DNA of 52,514 bases from Octopus sinensis (Eukaryota): the NCBI RefSeq assembly GCF_006345805.1, contig NW_021833946.1:1-52514 (forward strand), read 5' to 3'. The notes beneath the pieces were generated by a model. The model was not told where the DNA came from and searched no databases. It saw nothing but the letters and a program-made list of their open reading frames with translations. A program made the position numbers and the translations under genes. Of the stretch, positions 34,589 through 48,078 are shown piece by piece (positions within the stretch are counted from its first letter, which is position 1; each line of letters opens with the position of its first letter).

Positions 34589-34879
34589 TTTTTTTTTCCT
34601 TGAATGTGAAATTGTGAGGCTGGGTGTGAAGAAAGTAGCATCATCATCACCATCATTACTATCGTTATTGTTAATCTAATTATTAGTATTAACATTTTTG
34701 TAATTATTGTTATTATTGCTATTATCCCCATCGCCATCATCACCATTATTATTATCACTATTATTATTATTATTATCATTATTATTATCAGCAGCAGCAG
34801 CAGCACTGCGACGGCATCGAATTCCTTTCTTGAATAGCTGTGATCAATATTTTGAAAGCAAGTCATAAAAAAATCAATA

Positions 34880-34955
<76 letters not shown>

Positions 34956-34959
34956 CCTC

Positions 34960-34990
<31 letters not shown>

Positions 34991-35123
34991 TTCGCACTCT
35001 CTTTGAGAGTCGACTCATTATATTTTCATTAATTTATATTTATTTATATCAGACACGTTTTTAATTTTAATTTTTTCTCTTATTTTATTCTAATCAAATT
35101 ACAAACACTGCAGTTGTTGTTGC

Positions 35124-35154
<31 letters not shown>

Positions 35155-35439
35155 GTTATTGTCGTTTTCTCTGCCGTTGCTATTGTTGTTATTGCAAGCT
35201 CTGTTAAAGTTGAATTCAATTCTTGGAACTTCTTCACTTTCGTTTCTTTCCTTGTCTGTCAATTTCTTATTGTTGTCAATTCTTGCTGCTGTTGTTGTTG
35301 TTGTGTTTGTGCTTGTCATTCATTTTGCTGTTGTTGTCGTGGCTTTGTTGTTGTTGTTGTTGTTCTCAATCGTGCTGTTGTATTTATTAATGTTGCTCTA
35401 GTTTCTCTTCTTGTTCTGCAAGTTGTCCTTGTTACCATA

Positions 35440-35822
35440 GGCGCAGGTATGGGCTGCGTGGTAAGGAGTTCACTTGCCAACCACGTAGATCCGGGTTCAG
35501 TCCCACGGCGTGGCACCTTGCCCAAGTGTCTTCTACTACAGCCTCGGGTCGCCCAAAACCTTGTGAGAGGATTTGATGGACGGAAACTCAAAGAAGCCCA
35601 TCCCATGTGTGCGTGTGCACACGAGGGGGTGCGTGTGTGTGTGTACCCTCGTTTGACAACTGGCACTGATGTTTACGTTTCAGTAACTTAGCGGTTCGGC
35701 ATAACAGACCGATAGAATAAGTACCAGGCTTTAAAATAAATAAGTCCTAGGCGGGATTCATTCGACTACAAATTCCTCAAGGTCGCAATCTAATGAGTGA
35801 AGCAAGTAAAAGATAAAAGATT
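35440..35822 (+). mobile_element. SINE family A, full length
   Basis: ggcgcaggtatgggctgcgtggtaagg..gggttcagtcccacggcgtggcaccttgcccaagtgtcttctactacagcc..gtaacttagcggttcggc..gcaagtaaaagataaaag. Confidence 0.9.
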
Positions 35823-35904
35823 TTTATGTTTGTTGTTGTTATCGCTGTTATTGGTGTTGTCGTACCTGATACCTGATATTACTGCCATTGTCATCATCGT
35901 TCCA

Positions 35905-36070
35905 ATATATATATTTCTCCCTGTTTATTTCCTCAATACTTTCTGTTGAAGAGCGTAGGCTCGAAACGTTAAACCCTCCTTCTTTCCTTCTTTCCTGAGC
36001 GTCCAATAATACTATATTTGTTCCACGTCCTCGCGTTGTTGTGTTTTTTTGTGCTTTCTTGTTTGGATTA

Positions 36071-36075
<5 letters not shown>
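35905..36075 (+). mobile_element. pLTR-like PLE 3' terminal repeat with a degenerate hammerhead-like motif (35940-35973)
   Basis: uuu CUGUUGA a GAGC guag GCUC GAAA CG UU aaa, then a pyrimidine-rich end running into (TA)n. A related, deleted copy lies at ~48790-48925. Confidence 0.55.
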
Positions 36076-36136
<61 letters not shown>

Positions 36137-36147
36137 ATATATATATA

Positions 36148-36902
36148 CGAGGGGCGTTCAATAAGTAATGCCCCTGACCCACTTCCCATAGCAGTAGAGC
36201 AACGAAACTTGGCACAGTTATGTCTTTTTCTACATAGGAACCACCCAGAGTTACGCATTTCTCCCATCGTTTGATGCGGCTCTGGAGACCGCTTTTGTAG
36301 AAGACCCCAGCTTGGTCCTCCAACAACGACGTGACTTCAGAAATCAAGGCTGCATCATCTGGGAAACGCTTTCCTTTCAAAAACAACTTCATGGCTGGGC
36401 AGAGGTGAAAATCAGAGGGTGCAAGGTAGGAGAGTAGGGTGGATGGGGGAGGAGTTCATAGCCGCACGCCTGTGCTTCTGATCTGGCGACAAGCGAGTTG
36501 TTGACCGGAGCGTTGTCCTGCAGGAGGAGGATGCCTTTGCTGATCTTGCCCCGCCTCTTGATTTTGATAGCTTCTCTTAATTTCCTCAAAAGTGAAGCAT
36601 AATAGACTCCTGTAATTGTGACACCCTTTGCCAGGAAATCTGTCATCACTACCCCGTCCTGGTTACAGAAGACTGTGAGCATGACCTTGTCAGCGGAGGG
36701 CTGCACCCTTTCCTTCTTTGGAGGAGGTGAGTCACGGTGCTTCCACTGCATTGACTGGGCTTTGGACTCTGGATCATAGTGATGGACCCAGTTGTAATTT
36801 GCCACTTAATCTATAGAGATATAAATAATTGCACATGCAAAATTTCAGTTAGATCAAACAACTGCAAGTGGGTCAGGGGCATTACTTATTGAACGCCCCT
36901 CG
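36148..36902 (-). mobile_element. Mariner internal-deletion derivative (755 bp), 37-bp perfect TIRs, TA duplication
   Basis: cgaggggcgttcaataagtaatgcccctgacccactt at both ends. Retains only the C-terminal transposase WVHHYDPESKAQSMQWKH..LQDNAP..PHPPYSP, frameshift, DLAPSDFHL..RWEKCVTLGGSYVEKD*. Confidence 0.95.
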
Positions 36903-36904
36903 TA

Positions 36905-37075
36905 TACACGACGGGATTCTTTCCGTTTTCGTCTACCAAATCCACTCACGAGGCTTTGGTCGGCCCGATGCTATAGTAGAAGACACTTGCCCGAGGTGCC
37001 ATGCAGTGGGAATGAACCCAGAACCATGTGGTTGGTAAACAAGCTACTTACTACACACCTACTCCTGCACCTATA
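36905..37075 (-). mobile_element. SINE family A, 5' half
   Basis: Reverse complement gives aggtgcaggagtaggtgtgtagtaagtagcttg..gggttcattcccactgcatggcacctcgggcaagtgtcttctactatagc. Confidence 0.85.
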
Positions 37076-37719
37076 TATATGACAAGGTCTAAATAATGGT
37101 CATTACATATTTTTCTTCCATTGGTTTCCTGTAGTCTTTATATGTTACTGATAGGTTTACTCAATCGATCTATTGATCAGCTGAGGAAAACTGAACGACC
37201 TAAAAAGATTAACACTGCTTTCGCCAGGGCCATTTCTGGTTGTGACAAAGCACAACACTGAAGGAATGGTGAGTGCGTAGGGGGGGGGGCAGGGAAAGAG
37301 GGAAAGACGCAAGTAGAATAAAGAAGAGAGGAAGACAGGTGACAATAAGGTGAAGAGAAAGAAGGAAAAGACAGAGGAAGAGGTCACTTAATAGAAGTAA
37401 AGGGGAGACAGGATGGCCAAAACTTGGGAAAAGGATTGTCATAAAATTTCGACCCTGCCATAAAAATACCGAGAGTTCTTCACTAATCTAAAGAATATTG
37501 TTAGCCAGGTGTGTCAACAGAGGGCTTATGAAGTATTTATATATAAATATATATATATATATAGCGACTCCAGTCGAAAGACGCCTGTTGTTATGTCATG
37601 TTATTATTATTATTATTATTGTTTTTTTGTATTTTTTTGTATTTATATTCGTGTAATATCATCCGTTTTTCCGTCCTTGTTTCGTATGCATTCGATCCTT
37701 TTTTCCGAGGAATCGAATT

Positions 37720-37765
37720 ATCATCATCATTATCATCTCTATTATTATTATTATTATTATTATTA

Positions 37766-37804
<39 letters not shown>

Positions 37805-37946
37805 CATTAGTGGTAGTATTATCTTTATTATTAAATACCATTATTACCGTTATTATTACTATTATTATTGCTATATTGTTCCTATTGTTGTCGTTACTAC
37901 TACCACTACTATTACCACCACCACCACCACCACTACTATTACTAAA

Positions 37947-37978
<32 letters not shown>

Positions 37979-38110
37979 AACTACTACTACCACCACCACC
38001 ACCACCACCACCACCACCACCACTACTACTACTACTACTACCACCACCACCACCACAACTACTACTACTACTACTACTACTACTGCTACTGCTGCTGCTG
38101 CTGCTGCTAC
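37720..38110. repeat. Compound trinucleotide microsatellite (ATT/ACT/ACC/GCT)
   Basis: Direct reading. Confidence 0.97.
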
Positions 38111-38507
38111 TCGTTGCACCCTCAGTCCGGGAACTATGGAAGTGAAACCAGCAGAAAATAGGAAATTGCGTTAATTCTGTCTCGAAGCATGTTTGTATGT
38201 TGAGGAAACTGTATTTAATTAACAAGGTGATTAGTAATTAGAGGGTGAGCAGAGGGGGGTCGGCTGGGACGTTGTTGTTGTTGTTGCCTAGCTCCAGATA
38301 AGCCCTGATTAAACAGCCGTATCATCGAAGACATTCCAAACATGACTGTCTCGTCTTTTTCATAATATCAAAGCCTACATTAATATCTTTTTCCCGCCAA
38401 AGATGTCTGATCGGATTTAATGAAATTCAGCTACTATTTCTAGCAGATCACGTGTGCACGTAGAAACTCTCAGGATCTTTCAATATGGGAGTAAGCATAC
38501 GTGTATG

Positions 38508-38538
<31 letters not shown>

Positions 38539-38591
38539 CATACATACATACATACATACATACATACATACATACATACATACATACAAAC

Positions 38592-38633
<42 letters not shown>

Positions 38634-39026
38634 TGTGTATGTGTGTAGTGAGTGTGTGTGTACACAGCCGCAATTCCTTTTCTACGTACTACATATATCG
38701 ATTTATTCATTTCTGCTTTTGCCTTTAAAATATATACACATCTCCATCCTACACTATACACTTCCACATCCCGAACACTTACATCCCTTCTACCTGTTAA
38801 CCATTGGCAAATTTTCCCGTTCCCCATCGTGGGGTTTGTTTCTTGATGCTCTTTATTTATTTGAGCGTATCATTAAATTATACGAGTGTATTTTAGCTGC
38901 TCTTTCTAGCAAATAACGTATAACCATCTTTAGATTATCATTGTTACACCATTACACTCAACATCTCACAAATTTTTGTGGTCATTTCATCGCACATGTA
39001 AAGAACAATTCTAACATGTAAATGAA

Positions 39027-40066
39027 ACCTTCCTTTTCAAGTGGTACTTGAAAAAGTTGATGAGCGATTGGCCAGAGAGGTAAGTGTTTGACTCTAATCC
39101 TTTCGCTCGAGTCCACCACACACATTCTTTCACCATGGCCACCAGTACGATGAAGACTGCCTTGCCTTCCCAGTTGAGGGAAGGTGGCAGAGCAATCGTC
39201 ACGATAGACTCAGCCGACAGGCGGACTCGTCCCACACGTGACGGCAGCCGTTCGGCATAAGCCCACAGGTCCGAAATGGTTGGACACTGCACGAGTGCGT
39301 ACAGAACGGTTTCGTCGCTCTGACCGCATCTCGGGTAAGTCGGTCCGGTGTATTTCGAATCGTGCCTGAAGAGCTTATCCAGAACAGGTAATGCTTCTCG
39401 ATAGCAATGCAAGCCAGGGATCTTTGGGGATTGTCCATAGGTCCCGGCTCGAAAGTTGTCCTGAACAGGCGGGTCATGTGTTCCTCGTCCACGCCCAGAT
39501 TCTGCCCGAAAACGTCGTCGCACCTCCCCTTCACTAATCCTCTAAAGAACGCCTTTGTTGTAATGAAGTCGCACAAATTTGGTCCCGGACGGCAGAGTTG
39601 CTTGAGAGCAACGTGACACTCGCGGTGCCGTTCGCCTAGCCTCGGTCTCTGTTTGATTCACGACTGCAGTTCGGCCAAGGAGACGAGCTGCGGGAAAGCG
39701 CGTCGCACAAAAGGCGACCACATCTGTTCACCGTCGTCCATGAAGCGCCAGAGATGTCGCAGTCTCAGCGCATGTCTGCGCATCATCAACCACGACATGC
39801 CTAGCCCTCCATTTAGCGGGTATTGACAGCAAATGAGTCGCCTAACCATCGGAACGCTTCCCTTCCACAAGAAGCGGAAGATTATGCTTTCCAGTTTGGC
39901 GATGGTAGGGTCGGGACAAGGCACGACGGTCAGATGGTGCTCGATGACGGATGCGATGTACGCGTTTGCCACCTCCGCCCGACCTTTTAGGGATAGCTTC
40001 CTCTCAGCCCATTGCTGGGTGAGAGTGGCCACCCTAGTCGTTATTTCGCCCCAGTTCTTCTGCATT
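39027..40066 (-). mobile_element. L1/Tx1-like ORF2 C-terminal fragment (RT thumb plus zinc-finger region), frameshifted, 3'-clipped
   Basis: [45 protein letters not shown] and PRCGQSDETVLYALVQCP..VWWTR..FFKYHLKRKV. GC/CpG-rich relative to flanks. Confidence 0.85.
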
Positions 40067-40068
40067 TG

Positions 40069-40140
<72 letters not shown>

Positions 40141-40273
40141 TAGGTAGAGAGACAGACAGACAGATAGAGAAACAGACAGACAGACAGACAGATAAATAGA
40201 GAGACAGACAGACAGATAGAGAGAGAGTGTGTGTGGTAGATAGATAGATAATTAGAAAACTAGACAGACAGGC

Positions 40274-40316
<43 letters not shown>

Positions 40317-40330
40317 GAGATAGAGAGATA
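40067..40330. repeat. (GATA)n/(GACA)n microsatellite
   Basis: Direct reading. Confidence 0.97.
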
Positions 40331-40937
40331 TGCTTGTATGTTATGTGTATACATTTAGGTGTGCGTGTGTGTGTGTGTGTGTTGGTTTGCACGCATCAGA
40401 CAGCAGCGACGTCCTGCTGGGGCGAGCGCCTTCAAGAGTCCAGTCAATCATTTTCCAACCCAGTAAATACTTTATCGATTGCTGCTTGTCGACCGATGAT
40501 AATGCTGCTGCCGATGCTGCTGCCGCTGCTGCTGACGGTGATGCTGACGACGATGATGATGATGATGATGACGATGATGATGATGATGATGATGGTAATG
40601 ATGATAAGGACAATGGCGATTGGTGGTGGCAGTTTCGGTGGTGATGATGAAGAAAATGTCAATAGTGGTGGTCGGTGACGGTTGTGCTTGTGGTATTGGT
40701 GGTGATGATGATGAAAATGATGATGATGATCACATGATGACCATGTTGATGATGATGATGATGATGAAGATACAGAAGCCGACGATGACAATGTTGACGA
40801 TAGCGAGGAAGGTGACGACGAGGTAGATGGTGATGATGATGATGATGATGATGGTGATGGCGGCGGCGGCGGCGGCAGTGGTGGTGCTGATAGTCAAACA
40901 GTGTCTCTCTCTCTCTCTCTCTCTCTCGCTCTCTTCT

Positions 40938-40974
<37 letters not shown>

Positions 40975-41266
40975 GAAACTTTCCTGCAGCAGTCCAATGT
41001 CACATGACCGTTGGATGGAATCAAATTATCATCAGTTAAACTGATCTGACTTTCAGATTACGGTGGAAGCGGTGGGGGGGGGCGATGAGCGGATGGGGGG
41101 TAAACGATGGATAAGAAGGTAGAGATAATGGCCGTGGTGGTGGTGGTGGTGGTGGTTAGATTAGCTGTTGGTATGTGTGATTGTGCATGCATATATATGT
41201 GTGTGTGTGTAAGAGAGGGAGAGAGTGTGTGTCTGTAAGAGTGTGTGGTGTGTGTCAATGTATGCA

Positions 41267-41302
<36 letters not shown>

Positions 41303-41418
41303 GTGTGTGTGTGTGTGTGTGTATTGGTATCCACACATACACCGAGATGCTACACGTTCACATATATTTAATCCTGCATATATATACATATAAATATGTG
41401 TACATACGTATTATACAT

Positions 41419-41458
<40 letters not shown>

Positions 41459-42865
41459 GTGTGTGTGTGCATATATATGTGTATGTGTATATGTTTATGG
41501 AATCGATGTGCGTATACATATGCGTGGCATTTGCAAGAGTGAATGTCTGTTGTATTTGTGTATATTTGATCTTTACGTTGTGTGTGTCTCTGGGTGTATA
41601 TGGAAAAATATATGTAGATGTGTGTGTGATAGAAAGAGACAGGGAGAGAGAGAGATAGAGACAGAGTGAAAGAAAAAAGAGAAAGGGATAAGGAGCTTAA
41701 AGGAAGCGCTTGGCTTTCAGATTAAAATGGTCGGTTCATGATCAGTGTGTATTGGATTCGATTCCTAGACCGGTTCACGTGTTGTGTTCTTGAAAGAGAA
41801 ACCCTTTATTTTATGTTGTTCCGATGCACTTAGCTGGAACGGAATACCAGCGTCAACTGGGGGGAGGGGTTAACCATATGATGGACTGGCGATTCATTCA
41901 AAGAGGAGGGGTCTTGAACTCTCAGCCTTCAACATCCAGATGAGCTCTGATCTCATGAAGAACACTTATACATACGTACATACATATGTACACACATGTC
42001 TATATACATGCAGACAGATGCACGCACGCACGCACACACATACACACATATATAAGCCCTGTATTGTAAGTAGATAAAATAATCAAACAGCCTTCATCTC
42101 CGTTGTTTTCGCACTGTTAGTAAGTGGCAAGACAAGATACTAAATGCAGAAATCCTATTTTGACACCTGACCAGAGATCTTCACGAAGTGCAAACATTTT
42201 GAGAAGTACATATTACAAAACTGGATCAAAATATATTTACTTGAGTAACTGACACCCAGATAACTTCTGCACATACGTTGCACATATATCAGCATATGTA
42301 CAGAGGTTTTGTGGGCTTTATTTTTCACTTCTCTTTCTTGTTCTACTCTTCTTTCCTTTATTCCTCCCCGCTTTTGTTACTGTATTTCTTACTATTCAGG
42401 TCTTAGCCACTCCTTTGTATCTTTACTCTATTTTCGTCCTTTGTTATTTATTTCTCTAAATAAATCTTCAGAAATATTTTATTTTAACAGGAATTAACTC
42501 ATTCTTCCCATCTAATAGGTATGTGCCTTAACGGAAACAGCTTTTTTTCTTCGAAATAAGGTTAAGACAAATAAACAGCATGATCCCAGTATTAGAGAGA
42601 AACTATTATTAATCACAGCTGGAAACCAGTATATTCTATTATTCTACATGCATTCTCACATACTCTTCATACATGCAAACACAAAGAGGTAAACGTATTG
42701 ATGTCTGTGTATTTATACCTGTCCATCCATCAAGCGAGCTATTTAAATATATATATGATGTATGCATATGCATATGCATGTGTGTGTGTATATACATACA
42801 TATATACATACATTCGTACATATATGAGAAATACATCGAGACAAAGGCATAGATAGATAGATAGG

Positions 42866-42959
<94 letters not shown>

Positions 42960-43439
42960 GATAGATAGGTAAATATGTAGGTAGATAGGTAGGTAGGTAG
43001 ATAATGGAGTGACAGATTGAGAGACAAATAGATGCATACACGGGTATAAAAAAACAATCTTTTATATAAAAAAAAAAAGATGCATTTAAGAAATTTAAAA
43101 AGAAATCACAAATGAAAATTGCAAAGATGAAAAAAAAAAAAACAGTTTCAAGTAAAAGCACTAAAATGTCCACGTTGTTTACTGTATAGTTGAAGTTAAA
43201 AAACATTGAAACATAAATGTAATTTACCCTTAAGTAATTCCAATCAAACATTTAAGACGAAAGTTGATAACATCGCAGATCTTCTTTCGGAAATTTCAAG
43301 CAATAAAAACTCTTTACTAGCAGACGACATTCTGTATCAACTTTTTTTTTTTTCACCTTCTATCGTCTGCTCTTTGGTTGTTATTTCAAAATGGCTGAAT
43401 TTGTATGAATTCTCGCCATCTTCGCCAGCTTTCTATGCT

Positions 43440-43523
<84 letters not shown>

Positions 43524-43917
43524 CTCGCTCTCTCTCTCTCTCTATCAGATTCACGTTACACCTATTAGTTATTCCAACATTTCTGAAAATACTTTTTTTA
43601 ATGATTATATCTTTAATATAGATATTTTTCGTCCTTTTTATGTATAAATATACATTCGCCGTTTCTGTAATTGTTGTCGGTGTTGTTGTCGATTATGCTG
43701 TTGCAATTTCGCAGATTTTTCCCCATCCTACGTTCGAACATCAATTTTAAGTGATTTTACAATACACTATTATATTGGTTGGTGGGAGGGAGACGTTTTG
43801 CTGGAATTTTTTTCTTTACTTTTAATGATATCTCTAGCTTTTCTATTCACTTAACCAACGCGCATTATATATTGTTACTATAGCATCAACATTTTATAAC
43901 AGCAAATATATATACAT

Positions 43918-43951
<34 letters not shown>

Positions 43952-44456
43952 ATATCATATATATATATAGTATAATACTACTACATATATATATATACAT
44001 ATATATACATATATATATATACTATACATGTATACATATATATATACATATATAGATACATATATATATACATATGTGTGTGTGTATGCATAGATATATG
44101 TATGTGTATGTGCCTGAGTGTGTGTGTATATGTATGCAGGAATACATATATATATATATATATATATATGCGCGCGCACGTGCGTATTTAAGCAGATATA
44201 CATATTTGCACATAAACGCATACATAACTGTATACTTACGCATACGTATTCATTCGTTTAACGTTCTGTTTTTGCAGCGCTGGCATGGGTTAGACGGGGA
44301 GTTTTTTTTGAACCAGTATTTTTCGCAGTCATATGCATTCCTGCCACCGCTTACATGTGCACGTACGTGTATTTATGTATATGCAAGTATGTATTTATGT
44401 ATGTGTATATGTGTGTACGTGAGTGTGTGATCTGCATGTCTGTACATGTTTGTGTA

Positions 44457-44528
<72 letters not shown>

Positions 44529-44529
44529 C

Positions 44530-44594
<65 letters not shown>

Positions 44595-44915
44595 CATATA
44601 TAAACTATATACATTTCAATACACACACGTATGTATGTATGTATGTATTGTCCGTTTTACATTCTGTTCATTACCAATAATGATCTCGAAAACAGAATCG
44701 CGGTTCAAGAACACGGTCAGGTTTAGAACAACAATATTATTACTATACACACATGTAGCACTGAACTACAACAACAACGACAACTACTACTACTACTACT
44801 ATTACTAAGATGATAAACAAAGATGACCTTACGGGGATTCGATCTCAGAATGTAAAGTGTCTGATTAAATACAGTAAACATGTTTTCCAACGCTCTAATG
44901 ACTCGGCAATAATAA

Positions 44916-44994
<79 letters not shown>

Positions 44995-45185
44995 GAAGAA
45001 GAAGAAGAAGAAGAAGAAGAGAAGAAGAAGAAGAGAAGACGAACGAACGAACGAACGAACGAACGAACGAACTAGTGAGTTTAGTTTAATGGCCTACCGA
45101 TGTATACTATGAGTTTCTTTGCCCTAGGAGTCGAGAAGACACTCGGCAAGAAATGGAAGCAAATTTGAAAGAAGAAGAAAATCCC

Positions 45186-45229
<44 letters not shown>

Positions 45230-45250
45230 TAATAATAATAATAATAATAA

Positions 45251-45738
45251 ACTTTCTGATGTAGTACCAGACAGTGGCCCTCGTGGCTTTTGAAATGTTT
45301 GCATAAAAGATAGGCTACAGCAAGTATTGTGCTCAATACTATGGATTTGCGTGTCAGTTGTCTGACCATAACCAGTTGAGCATGTCCCTTAGTGGCTGTT
45401 GATATGTGAGGGAGCATCATAGCCATGTGTTCAGGGGAATTCTTTGGGGTTTGGATATTTTACCTCTGGAAACATGGGTGTTTCATTCTTCATCCTCAAA
45501 CAAACTTTATTCAGGGACCTTTTGAGCGAGATGGTCTCCTCGACCTGAAGAAAATTCTAACTGGGCCCCACCTGTAAGGTCATGTGCTGTTAACCTTGAT
45601 ATGAGATCACCATGTTGCACACATATGGTTGTGATGCATGTACCTGGTGTACCCTTATAAGACGAATAGTCACAATGGGTATATTGGGCTTCGTATATTT
45701 GTACCCCAGTGTCACTTTGATGGCATGCGCTGCTCTCT
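45251..45738. mobile_element. ~500-bp non-coding interspersed repeat flanked by (AAT)n on both sides, copy 2
   Basis: Inverted relative to 29717-30236. Bounded by (AAT)n at ~45187-45250 and (AAC/AAT)n at ~45739-45775. Confidence 0.85.
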
Positions 45739-45849
45739 AACAACAATAAACAACAACAACAACAATAATAATAATGGTTTCAAATTTTGGCACAAGGCCA
45801 GCAATTTTGCAGGAGAGCTATAGTCAGATGTAAACTAAAGTAAGGCACG

Positions 45850-46910
45850 ACTTTTCAGGGATCACTTCCTCTCGTCCCTTTTCTGGGTGAGATTGGCTGC
45901 CCTGCTCGTTACCTCATCCAAGTTTTTTCTATACCGGAAGATCAGGACAAAAACCAAACCCTAAGCAATTTAATCGATCCCTCCGTCCAGCGTTCCACGA
46001 TATTATTGGACGGCATGGATCTGCGTCTCCAGGTACTCAGCTGCAGAACCACTGACTTTTCTTGGTTAATTGTTGTTCCTGTTACCGTCTCATTTTCTTT
46101 TAGAGTCGTGCTGATCAGTTGTATGTGCCGGTGTTTGACACTTTGATGGTCACGTTGTTCACGTATACCGACACGGTTCTTCCACGTCCTAGCTCGTGAT
46201 GGATGCCTCTCAACGTCTCCAATTCCTGCAACAATGGCTCTAGAACAGAAGAGATACAGAAGAGATGAGAGAGGACAATCCGGAGAGACCGAGCGCATGA
46301 TGCTTAATCGTTCCAATAATTAACCATTCACCCGAACTACCGTGGAAATGTCGTTGTACACTGCAGCAAAATCGTTCACGTAAAACAGGACCAAAATGGG
46401 TCTCCCTGGGTACAGCCACCAAGTATCATTAGAAGGTTTTCGATTGATCCAAATTGATTAGTGCCCCACCCATACCAGGTTCTATCTACCCTTTAAGTGA
46501 TTATCGCATGAGCTAGAGGTTATCTTGGATAGATCTGCTTGGGATGGTGCATGCATGCGCATCACCAATCAGTTCCTCAACGACAAGCGTCAACCTCTTT
46601 GCTAACTCTGTGACCAAAATTTTCAAATCTGCGTTTAGCAGAGTTATGGGCTTAAAAAATACTCTATTTGATGCACCTTGGTTGTGACCTTTCTTAGCAG
46701 TGCAACCGCTCCTCGGCTCACAGGACAAGGAGTTTTCCCGTTCTGCTGCTAGTTACTGTAGATGACTGACACTCCGTCGATTACGACGATGAGCATTCCA
46801 GTTGATACGACCAACGGAACAACCTGTTGTGAAATTAACTTGCAAGCGGCTGAGCACTCCAAAGACATGCGTGCCCTTGAGGTAGTTCTCGGGGAGGTTC
46901 AGGAAGACAC
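45850..46910 (-). pseudogene. Degraded L1/Tx1-like RT core fragment
   Basis: FKPITLLNADLKILVTELAKRL..CTIPSRSIQDNL; RSVSPDCPLSSLLY; TGTTINQEKS..IKLLRVWF; EKNLDEVTSRAANLTQK. Confidence 0.8.
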
Positions 46911-46927
46911 AGAATGAGACAAGTTTG

Positions 46928-47080
46928 CCCCTTTGAAATACTGGTACTACTCAGTTATATAAGTGGACTTAAGGAGCGTGAAATAAAGTGTCTTGCTCAA
47001 GGTCACAACGCGCCGCCAGATATCGAACACGAGACCTTACGATTGTGAACCGAATGCCCTAACCACTAAGCCACGCACCA
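46928..47080 (-). mobile_element. SINE family C, 5' half
   Basis: Reverse complement tggtgcgtggcttagtggttagggcattcggttcacaatcgtaagg..gttcgatatctggcggcgcgttgtgaccttgagcaagacactttatttcacg. Confidence 0.85.
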
Positions 47081-47449
47081 TCACTCGCAGATATTTCCTT
47101 AGGGGCGCCCAAAATGTGAGACAGATAAGAGTAAAGCTCGCAGCAGAGAGCAGCTGAACCACATCAAGAAGAAGAAGAAGAAGAAGAAGAAGAAGAAGAA
47201 GAAGGGGAGGAGGAGGAGGAGCAACTTCAGCATCGATCACAACTACAACAACACAATTGCTACACCAACAACAAAAACAACTGCAATCACAACCACAGGA
47301 ATAGCTTCATCATCATCATCATCATCACCAACGAGGACGACAGCAACAACAACAACAACAGTATTTAAGGAAGCAATGTAAAAACGCGAAATACCGACCA
47401 AATCACTAATGTATTGCAAATGGAATGTATTCTTCTTGCCATACATTTA

Positions 47450-47880
47450 TATATACATACATACATACATACATACATACATACATTCATACTACATACA
47501 TACATACATACATACATACATACATACAACATACATGCGTGCGTGATACATACATACATACATACACATACATACATACAGACATACATACATACATTCA
47601 TACATACATCCATACATACATACATACATACATACATACATTCCATACATACAACATACATACTACATTCAATATCATACATACATACATACATACATAC
47701 AATACATACATATACATATATAGCATATATACATACATACATCCATACATACATACAATACATATTACATACATACATACATATATACATACATACATAC
47801 ATACATATATACATACATACATACATACATATATACATACATACATACATATATATACATTCAATTAAACATACATACGT
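47450..47880. repeat. (TACA)n microsatellite
   Basis: Direct reading. Confidence 0.97.
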
Positions 47881-48078
47881 ATGTTTATTTATGTATATCG
47901 AAATATATACGTATGTTTATGTATGTATGTATGTATGTATGCATATATGTATATGTATATACGTTTATGTGTGTATAAATGTGTGTAATGTTGTTTGCGT
48001 GTGTGTATATATGCGCGTGTGTGTATATACGTGTGTATGCGTAAGCGTTGTCAGAAAACATACACACACGCACATGAT

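Noticed and set aside
37509-38174. 221-aa ORF with a mucin-like poly-Thr tract
   Set aside because: Built from compound ATT/ACT/ACC/GCT repeats, open in several frames, with no unique domain.
43206-43350. Protein-looking stretch FKTKVDNIADLLSEISSNKNSLLADDILYQL
   Set aside because: No good donor or acceptor and no recognisable family.
39027-46910. The two L1/Tx1-like fragments as one element split by insertions
   Set aside because: They overlap by about 20 codons with only roughly 70% identity, so they are separate copies.
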